Assembly (NCBI RefSeq): GCF_009914755.1
Contig: NC_060933.1
Direction: 5' to 3' (one strand)
Length of the DNA: 64,000 nucleotides
Source: the human T2T-CHM13v2.0 reference genome, Homo sapiens
Shown here: positions 50,101-64,000 of the stretch, piece after piece
How the letters are laid out: the number at the start of each line of letters is the position of its first letter
Position numbering within the stretch: position 1 is the first letter of the stretch
The notes under the pieces: generated by a model
Database searches by the model: none
What the model saw: only the letters and a program-made list of their open reading frames with translations
What the model was told of the DNA's origin: nothing
Program-made: the position numbers and the translations under genes

Positions 50101-50624
50101 AAATATGTATTCCCAATTGCACTGTATTTTTGGTTATTAAGCAAAAAATTTAAACTTTATTAAACTTATTAGAAAAAGGGAATTGGAAATGTGATATAAT
50201 GCAGTAATTCACAAAAATGCATACAGTAAATGCACTCAAGAGCAGTTTTTCTGATGCTTGATGAACTCCTATCAGTTGTGAATTAAAACTGATTAATATC
50301 CTTCATGGAAACAGATCCATAAGGTCTGGCATTGTCTTTTTCTACTAGAGAGAAACCTAGAAGTTATCACATAATTGCATAGCGTCTAGGATCAAATCAA
50401 CTAATACATAGCCAAGTCAAAAGAAAATGAAGTAATCTTTGGGTTGGCCTTTTAGATGATAGCTTTTAATAATGTAATATTACACTAAATATACATGTGT
50501 TATGTCAGAGTTTTAGATACTTTTCCTTAGCAGTCCCCTATCACAAATATGTCCTCTGTTAGTGCTAATCCATAACTAACTCAGTTCCTTATTTTCATGT
50601 CAATAATCTTCAAGTGTTATTCTC

Positions 50625-50929
50625 TTTTTTATTTATTTATTTTTTTTTTGAGACAGAGTCTGGCTCGGTCTCCCAGGCTGGAGTACAGTGGTATGATCTC
50701 GGCTCACTGCAGGCTCTGCCTCTGGGTTCACGCCATTCTGCTGCCTCAGCCTCTGGAGTAGCTGGGACTACAGGCGCCCGCCACCATGCCTGGGTAACTT
50801 TTTGTATTTTTAGTAGAGACGGGGTTTCACCATGTTAGCCAGGATGGTCTCGATCTCCTGACCGCGTGATCCGCCCGCCTCAGCCTCCCAAAATGCTGGG
50901 ATTACAGGCGTGAGCCACCGGCTCGGCCT
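50625..50929 (-). mobile_element. AluY
   Basis: CpG-rich full Alu; TSD CAAGTGTTATTCT. Confidence 0.95.
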
Positions 50930-51250
50930 CCAAGTGTTATTCTTAATCAAAAAAAGAAAAAGTTTATCTGACTATAGTTGACCCTGATTATTTATGTAGC
51001 TTCAGAAAGAGGAGTTAAACACATAGGTGAAGTCTTCCCTCCACCAGGTTTTAAAATGTAAGATTCATGGCCTTCTGAAAACACTCCCTTACCAATGTGA
51101 GGCTGGAACCATAGAACAGGTGGAGGAGTTAGTAGGTATTGGCTCAACATTTAAAGTACAATCTTGTTCCTTAATAGGTATTTTCATACCTTATAAACAC
51201 ATGTATGGCCTTGGATGTCCAATTAAATCCCAAGAGAAAAGGACAGATTC

Positions 51251-51598
51251 TTGATGAAACTATGCAAATAATAAGAAAGCAAGTAAAAAGGGCTCCTCAG
51301 CAGAACCTCCGACCAGCTTGCACACTGACAGGAGTGCACAATGAGGTGGTGCCTCGGGAAGTTTGCAGCAGGGAGGAGCCTGGCCTCTTCTGTTCCAGGG
51401 CGGAGGCTGGGATTCAATCTATGAGGCAGGAAGCTGGGAAGCAGGACTCACTTTACTGACAGTCTCTGTTTCCCCTTTTTTCCCTTTCGCCCAATAAATT
51501 CCATTTTTCTCACCCTTCAAAGCATCTGTGAGCCTAATATTTCATGGCTGTGTGACAAGAACGCAGCTTTTAGCTGAACTAAGGAGAAAGTCCTACAA
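51251..51598 (+). mobile_element. ERV1 MER4-group solo LTR (MER61-like)
   Basis: GGGAGGAGCCTGGCCTC, AATAAATTCCATTTTTCTCACCCTTCAAAG and GTGTGACAAGAAC...TAGCTGAACTAAGGAGAAAGTCCTACAA end motif. Confidence 0.7.
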
Positions 51599-52099
51599 TA
51601 ATAATATGTTGACCTACAAGCATGGAGAGTCAGTACAAATATATTGTTCTGAATTCTCAGCGAAAAATAGAAATTAGACAGTGTTTGAATGATGTATTTC
51701 ACTTACCAGGTGTAGTATATAAAATTGAGGATCAGAGCTAGAAAAAGAAACTGTAATTAATACTCCTTCTACTGGATGTTGAGTCAGTTTTTTGCTTTGA
51801 TAAAATTATCTACCAATGAGGCAAAAAGATAAATCCTTAAAACAATGTGATTTAAAAGTAAGTTATTATGCTCAGTACTTTATAGGAGAACATTCAAGTA
51901 AGTGTCAGAGGAAAACAAAAACCACCTAGAGATGCAACTAAATGGCTGTTTAATTTATATAGTAAACAATAATATAAAAATGGAGAAGAATAAAATTCTG
52001 CATTAGGTTCAATACTATCTCATAAAGACTTGACCAATGTTTCACCTGGGGGCATATACCTCTCCAATTTCCTATTACAATCTCTAATCTATGAGTTAA

Positions 52100-52428
<329 letters not shown>

Positions 52429-52889
52429 CACCATTCATCTTAATATGTAAGATTATGTAAAATGAACTGAGAAGGCTGAGCCCTTTAGAATTGACCTCAT
52501 GCAACTCACGCAGATGTGTAGAACTAATGAAGAAATATGGGGCACACCAAAGAAGCCCAATTTATTTTAGTCTCACTCATGTTATAAGGCAACAATTGTC
52601 ACAGTTTTTCTAGAGGTCACCTAGGAAATCTAAAAAATACTTATTTTTCCCTAAAAATCAGAAAACATTTACTTTTTGGAATTTAAGATATAATTTCAGA
52701 TGGGCAAAAATTAAGTGTTATCAGAGGAGATTTGGTCACTGTGATAAAGATAGGAATACAGGTGCAGAGAAGAAAATGGGGGCAATAATCCCAATAACAA
52801 TATAATATTCTAAAATAAGCATAGAAAAAGATATCATAATTGTTAGAAAATGTATCCCTTTCATAATTAATTATGATGTACAAATGTTT

Positions 52890-53429
52890 TTTTCTTATTT
52901 TTCTTTTTAGCTACATTGAAGTAAGATTGATAAATAAAAATTGTACATATTTAAGTTATATAATATGATGTGATGTGTGTATACATTGTGAAGTAATAGC
53001 CACTGTCAAATAACATTTTCATCAACTTACAAAGTTACACTTTCTCTGTGTGTGTCTATGTGTGCTTGTATGGAAATACGTAAGACCTACCCTGTTAGCA
53101 AAATTCAAGTATACAATGCATTCTTATCAGCTGTAGCTACTATGCTATATATGTTAGGTATCCAGAATTTATTCATCTTTTAACTAAAAGCATCTCCCCC
53201 TTTTTCCTACCTTCTAATCCCTAGCATCTAATGAGTTTAAATTTTTTAGATTTCACAGATAAGTGAGATTATGCAGTATATTTGTCTTTCTGTGTCTCAC
53301 TTATTTTACTTAGCAATATGTTCTCTCAGTCCATCAATGCTATCACAAATTTTAGGATTTCCTTCTTTTCTAAGGATGAATAATATTCCATTGTATGTAT
53401 ATGCCACATTTTCTTTATCCACTAATCTG

Positions 53430-53430
<1 letters not shown>
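52890..53430 (-). mobile_element. L1MA-type 3' end
   Basis: AAATTGTACATATTTAAG, AAATTCAAGTATACAATGCA, AGATAAGTGAGATTATGCAGTAT and ATGCCACATTTTCTTTATCCA. Confidence 0.85.
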
Positions 53431-57925
<4,495 letters not shown>

Positions 57926-57939
57926 TTGGGTTTTTGTTC

Positions 57940-59760
57940 ATGACCCGGGATCCAGGAGTTGGGCCCTGGGGCTGGGCATTGTGTAGCCTCCGGGGTGGTG
58001 CTGAGCATCCATTCCCACTCTCCTGCAGCTGAGGACCCATCCCTTGACTTGGGCCCCCTGGAGGCAAGAACATGGTCACCCACTTTAATCACATGGTCCC
58101 TATCACATAATCAGAGGGTGCTGTGGGTTTTAACTCTTCAAGCTTGATGTGTAAAGAATTCGACATAAATATGATATAGTGACTAGAAGTATTTTATTTA
58201 TTTATTTTGAGAGAGAGAGTCTCTGTTGCCCAGGCTTGGAGTGCAGCGGCACAAACAATCAAACAATAACCAAAATCCAGAAGACTGAAAAAGTCAAATG
58301 CTGTCAAGGATGTGGAGCAACAGGACCTCTCATTCCTTGTTTGTGGCACAATCAGTTTACTGTACCCACGAACTCCAGGGTGCAAGTGATCCTCCCACAA
58401 TCTATCTCCCAAGTAGCTGGAGCCACAGACATGCACCACCATGCCTGGCTGATTGGTTTTATTTTTACAGAGATGAACGTTCTCTGTGTTGTCTAAGCTG
58501 GTCTCAAACTCCCGGGATCAAGCGATCCTCCTATCTCGGTCTCCCAAAGTGCTGTAAGTACAGGCATGAGGTCCTGCACCCAGCCTGGAAGTCTTTATAG
58601 ATAAGTTCAATTTAACTGTTTCTCCATCTGCTCTACTCAGCCAAGTTTCCCTCTCAGTCCAAGGGAGAGAACTGCAGCTCAGTCCCATCCAGGATGGCTG
58701 CAGATTACCCAGCGCCACCGCCATACTCCAGATGCTGCTCAACGAGGAAGGGATCCTGAGGCCTGGCAGCTGGCGCTCTCAGCAACCTTGAAGCCCTCTA
58801 AACGGGACGGGCCATCCGTGCCTGTCAGAACTGTAGCCACTACCTGCACTTGGCACACAGGCAAATACGGCCAAGCAACCCCAAACTCCCCTCTTCCCCT
58901 CTGGGCCCAGGCAGCGCTGAACCTGCCACTCAGCTCCATCCTGGCGACTGCACAGTCCCCAGAGCCTGCAAACCAGCACTCAGGGCGCGAGCCAAGGAAG
59001 AGCAGGGCCTAGAGTGGGAGGGCGTGTGCCACTCAGTGACCCTCAGGCCATCGGGCCCAGCCCTGCAGCCTCTACCATGGGCTCAGCTGCAGCTGGCATT
59101 TGAAGGTGGCAACAGCAGTGGCAACCCCAGAACATGTCCGCCCCACCAGCAGGCGAACCCCAGGGTCGGACAACGCCACTGCACCTAAGTCAGGCAGTGG
59201 GACCTCAGTTGCAGGAGGGTGGGAACCTGCCGCAAAGCCTCATGGCCGCAGCTGTACAGGGCCCAGTGGTGGCGAGCCTGCACTGCCAGCGCGAGCTGAG
59301 GAAGAGCAGAGCCCCGGGTGGAAGGGCGATGTACTCGGCAATGCTCAGTGGTCTGGGCCCAGCTCTGTAGCCTCTACCATGGGCTCAGCTGCAGCTGCCA
59401 CCTGGCAGCAGAGGCTGCAACCCCGACCCTGCCAGCGCCACCAGCAGCATGGATACTTGGGCCAGAAGCCTCCAGGGCGCCTAAGTCAGTGGTTGGGTCC
59501 CTGGCTGCAGGAGGGCGGGAACCGACGCTCAGCGCCACCACAGAGGCTGCACGATGCCCAGCACCAGGGCCCAGCTCCTGGATCTCAGGTTGAGGAGGGG
59601 CCAGGGGCGGCTCTGTCAAGCAGGCCGTGTGGCAGGGAGCCCCCCACGTTCCGCTCCAGGGAGCCCCGCCAGCCCGACAGCACCTCAGTGGCAGGTGCCA
59701 CCTGCACGCGGTGCTGGGCGAAGCGTAGCCCGGGCGGTTTCCCGCCTCGCCTGTCTCCCC
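57940..59760. repeat. GC-rich, partly palindromic low-copy repeat (REP522-like)
   Basis: Contains an inverted pair (57942-58065 vs 59468-59591) and a ~303-bp direct duplication. Size, palindromy and position at a pericentromeric duplicon promoter fit the recalled description of REP522; not verified by alignment. Confidence 0.5.
58190..58588 (-). mobile_element. AluJ-like containing an 88-bp L1-derived insert
   Basis: Old Alu in reverse, interrupted at 58255-58342 by L1 ORF2-like sequence (CAAGGATGTGGAGCAACAGGACCTCTCATTC). Confidence 0.85.
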
Positions 59761-59787
59761 GGTCTGCTGAGTTGCGCATGCTCTGTT

Positions 59788-59871
59788 GCCTAACGGTTCT
59801 GCTCAGCTGCCTAAAGGTTCTGCTCAGCTGCCTAACGGTTCTGCTCAGCTGCCTAATGGTTTTGCGCAGCG
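59788..59871 (+). repeat. 21-bp tandem repeat x4 (GCCTAACGGTTCTGCTCAGCT)
   Basis: Units start at 59788, 59809, 59830 and 59851. Confidence 0.97.
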
Positions 59872-60037
59872 ATTTTCTCCCAGGAGAGGCTGGAGTGTCC
59901 AAAAGCTTGGCCCGACTGAGATTTCTACTGGTGTCAGGGCGGGTGCGGGGACTGAAGAAGGGCGAGGGCGAGCGGCGGGGACTGGGGAAGGGCGAGCAGC
60001 GGGAGGTGCGGGCTCTGTCTAGCAGGTGGCTGCAGCC

Positions 60038-60255
60038 ATGGAGAGGCTCTCTGCCGCCGCTGTCAAGGGCCAGACGGGCCCGGAGCGCCGGAGCCCCTTC
60101 AGTCAGCTGGTCTACACCAACAATGGCTCTTACGTGATTCACCATGGGGATCTCAGGAAGATCCACAAAGCTGCCTCCCGTGGCCAAGCCTGGAAGCTGG
60201 AGAGGATGATGAAGAAGACGACAATGGACCTGAACATAAGAGATGCGAAGAAGAG
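60038..60255 (+). CDS. First coding exon of an ANKRD30B/ANKRD30BL-like ankyrin-repeat gene (gene or pseudogene; downstream exons outside the window)
   Basis: Strong Kozak context GCAGCCATGG. Translation MERLSAAAVKGQTGPERRSPFSQLVYTNNGSYVIHHGDLRKIHKAASRGQAWKLERMMKKTTMDLNIRDAKKR closely resembles recalled ANKRD30BL/ANKRD30B N-termini (KIHKAAS.G...DLN.RD.KKR). Donor AG|GTACCA at 60255/60256 splits the Arg codon as in the ANKRD26/30/POTE family. The exact paralog cannot be named from this window. Confidence 0.88.
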
Positions 60256-61022
60256 GTACCAGACCGTGCCTGAGCCGGGGCTGCAGGAGGAGGAGGCGGC
60301 TGTGGGAGGATCGCCCCTTCAGAGTGGGGGCTGGGGGTCCTGGGGACGAGGGGAGCAGGTGGAGGAGTGGCGGGCAGCGGGGCGGCTGTCCTGGGCCCCG
60401 AGGTCTTGATCTTCTTCCCGGGCAGGCCCCCCAGGCCTTGGATGGGGGCGCCCTGCAGGGTGGAGGGCCCAGGCCACCTTAAAATCAACCTCAAACTTTA
60501 GTTAGCTGCTTTCTCCTTCACTTCCACTTCCTCTCACAGAGCACTGTGTAGAGAATTTTAAAGTGATTTAACTTACAAAATTAAGTACATACAGGGTTTT
60601 ACTTTTAATGTACAGGTTTTAAAAGATAACGTTAGATACATTATGAAATGGCGCATAATGAAATAATTCCCATAATATATTAACTTCTTGGCTAAAAATT
60701 TTTTGGATAAAGTCCAGTATCCATTTCAATATCAATGAATGTCTATGTAAATATAATCTTTGCTGAGGGACCTTAGAAGGTAACTTTGAGGTGGGAAGAT
60801 GGTTTATGTTTTCGAATTTAAGAAGACTCATTTTTCTCAAGATGCAAGTTCTTTATCAGTTTTACATAAACCAAATAAAATCATCAACATTTTAACATTT
60901 TTAAAATTACACACTCTGTCTTTTACTACTGTGATGACATTTAAAAATTTTTCTAACGGAGTAGAAAAGTCTTGCTCTTCTAGATTTCAAAATGTGCTAT
61001 TAATTTGCACAAAATGGGCCAC

Positions 61023-61642
<620 letters not shown>

Positions 61643-61659
61643 TCACAAATTCTTTGATA

Positions 61660-62450
61660 ACAGCTGAAAAGACAGGTAAATGAATACAACAGAGTAGAAA
61701 ATCCAGAAACACCCGAATATCTAAGAATTTAGAACTTGATAATGCTCACACTTTATACTAGTAGGGAAAGAATAGTTTCATAAGGGAAATGCCTGCTTTT
61801 TGGAGAAAACTAGATTTTTATGCCACAAAGTAAATTTCTAACGGAATATAGATTAATTTTTTTAATATACAAAATGATAAAAGCACCAGAAGAAAACATA
61901 AATGCCTATTTACACAGGTACATTTTTATGTTGACAACACCTTTCTAAGAAGCTCAGAAGCAAGCAGTCTGAAGGATAATTAAGCAAAACAAAATTAAAT
62001 TAAACTGTAATGAGAAAAAATAAAAGGCCGCATACTTGTAAAATATTTACTACACATGTATGTGCGTGTGTGTATACATATTAGATTTAAAAATCGTCCT
62101 TTTATAGATAATTCACTTAAATCAACAAAAAACCCTCTAATTTAAAATTGAGCAATTTAAATTAGAGATCTAAATTGCAGGTCTAAAAATAGTACTTTGC
62201 TTCTAATTTAAAATTGGAAAAGTATTTTCTTAAGATCTGCAAGTGACCTATGCACACAGAAAACAATATTTAGTGTTCCTGGTTACAGAAGGCATTTAAG
62301 TTAAAAGAGGAATCAAACACTGCTTTCTATCTACAAAGTTTATGAGGAAAAAGAGCAGTGATATTTACACTGCTGTTTAAAGTTTAAGTTGCAGATAACT
62401 TTTCAAATAGACAATTTGGTGGTAAGTACCATATTATTAAGAAGAATCCA
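61660..62450 (+). mobile_element. Highly degenerate L1M ORF2 fragment
   Basis: ACAGAGTAGAAAATCCAGAAACACCC and AAAAGCACCAGAAGAAAACATA motifs. Confidence 0.55.
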
Positions 62451-63899
62451 TATAATGACTTTTATAAATACATTTCAGTGAATTTACAGCATGGGATAAT
62501 ATGTGACCACTGAAGGTAGAAATATGTAGAGAAGTAGGTGACATTTGAAAATGTATTTTGGTGTATCAAGTGAGGGTAAAGTTCAGTTTGATTATACATA
62601 CACACAGACTACAGTCTTGTGTTATCTGAAATTGTGTATGAAACCTGATAAAATTTGTTATTTGAGGGCATTTGTTTTAATATAAAATGTTTTTCCTTTT
62701 TATTATCTTTGATTTCCACATTGAGCATGTACAATGCTATTAGAAAAAGTTTATTATTAATGAAATAATTTTTGGGAAGAGCAGGAATATAATTTTGCAC
62801 CAATGAAAATAATTTCTCACTTTCCATACTTTAATTTTTATTTTTTGTGGATTAGTATATTCTGTGAACTTTTAGCATCTTCAAAAGACAATCTTTTTAC
62901 CTGTGCTTGTTGATTTACATATACATCTTATTAGACACATATTTTTATTATATATAGATTTATTACATATATGTCAATAATTATAGATTAATTAGTGTAG
63001 TTTTATTATTAAGAAAATAAAATAGAAAATATAAGTGCTTTATTTATAGCAGTTTTTTTAAGGTATTGAACTTCTCAACTGTATTTATCCTTTTAATCAA
63101 TTTATCACATGTAAGCTGAATGCCTATTATGTAGAAGATACATTAACTCTCAAGATCCTTTCATCCTTAAAAATTTTACATTTACCTGCTCAGCCTTAGC
63201 AAAGTGAGAGATTTAAAGTTGGAGTACTAGGACTGAATCTCAATTGAAGCTTTTCCTCTCATCTTTAAAACAAAAACACTTCTGAAGTAAGAAACTAGTA
63301 AAAGATAACTACCAACCATGATTTTGGAAATTTATAACAGCTTTAAATAGTAATATTAATCATTGGAAATACCTAATTTACATGCATTCTATAAATTTAA
63401 ATATGAATTTACATACATTCTATAAATCTAAATATGGAATAAAATGATCCATACCTACTTTAATCCCAAGTTTTCTTTGGCTTGAAGTTTTAAAAATATT
63501 AAAGAAGTACTTTGTTTTAACAGTTTGTTTTTATTTCAACTCTCCTTTTGTGTAGCACTCTTAAAAGCTAAAATTTCTTTAAGTGTTAATCCTATGACTA
63601 GGACTGCCATCATCCTGTTGTATATACCATATGCCACTTCATGGAAGGCACCGTGAATTGTGTGATGCCTCCTTATTTATGTAACAATAAAAGATTGTTT
63701 AAATTTCTGCAGAATATACTTGTAACAAATAATGACTTATAAGTGGCATTTCAATGTCAGAGATGTTAAAATATGAGAAATAGAGTATCTTAGAATTATT
63801 AAACTACAGGTTTATCTCTAACCTTTAAAACATACCACAAAGTAGGCATAATTGTACCATTTTACTTAAAATGTTTTCTTTGTTAAGTAGTAGAAATAA

Positions 63900-64000
63900 T
63901 TACAATATCTAACAATTACTGAGCTGTTACATGTGCTAGGAATTCTTTGAAAAACGTTGCACAGATTCTCATGAGGCATCACAGTGATGTCCTGTGAGAT
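63900..64000 (-). mobile_element. MIR fragment
   Basis: CTAACAATTACTGAGCTGTTACATGTGCTAGG...GTCCTGTGAGAT. Confidence 0.55.

Larger units (their letters stand above)
58700..60480. promoter_or_regulatory. CpG-island-like promoter and first-exon region
   Basis: Sharp rise in GC and CpG content relative to the AT-rich flanks; GC-box-like GGGCGGG motifs and an NRF1-like TGCGCATG at ~59773; lies directly upstream of and over exon 1. Confidence 0.8.

Noticed and set aside
59788-59871. CRISPR-like array
   Set aside because: Contiguous tandem units without unique spacers, in primate DNA with no cas genes.
59100-60187. Long ORFs 59100-60137 (+, 345 aa) and 59585-60187 (-, 200 aa)
   Set aside because: Stop-codon scarcity in GC-rich DNA; low-complexity products, no recognisable domain, and not in the ANKRD30 frame. 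The heptad repeats simply reflect the 21-bp minisatellite.
60256-60409. C-terminal part of ORF 60026-60409
   Set aside because: Read-through into intron 1 after the donor at 60255/60256; ankyrin similarity ends at KKR.
63602-63680. Possible exon 2 (AG|GACTGCCATCATCCTG, giving RTAIIL)
   Set aside because: Weak pyrimidine tract, early stop, and no ankyrin LH.AC.NGH motif; the true exon 2 is probably beyond the window.

Overview
Primate (human or great-ape type) pericentromeric DNA. Positions 1-13230 are divergent, CENP-B-box-negative alpha satellite (171-bp monomers, reverse orientation) with at least two internal layers. The satellite ends abruptly inside an ancient ERV-L reverse transcriptase remnant. 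Then follow about 45 kb of repeat-rich, euchromatin-like (segmental-duplication-type) sequence: a 5'-truncated L1PA2/3 with target-site duplications (TSDs), about 35 Alus, a second ERV-L pol/dUTPase remnant, MLT1, Tigger3, a solo HERV-K(HML-2) LTR5, and old L1M/L2/MIR pieces. A CpG-island promoter then leads into coding exon 1 of an ANKRD30B/ANKRD30BL-like gene or pseudogene (ATG at 60038). I find no convincing new biological system. The most notable unexplained structures are: a 146-bp, ~97% identical inverted repeat with templated junctions (46779-47562); a 4 x 21-bp promoter minisatellite carrying MYB-type and E-box motifs within a partly palindromic, REP522-like GC-rich block; a trail of minus-strand splice-site-bounded segments suggesting a decayed divergent gene; and several retrotransposition or repair scars. 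Family assignments come from my recall of consensus sequences, not from database searches, and boundaries of old repeats are approximate.
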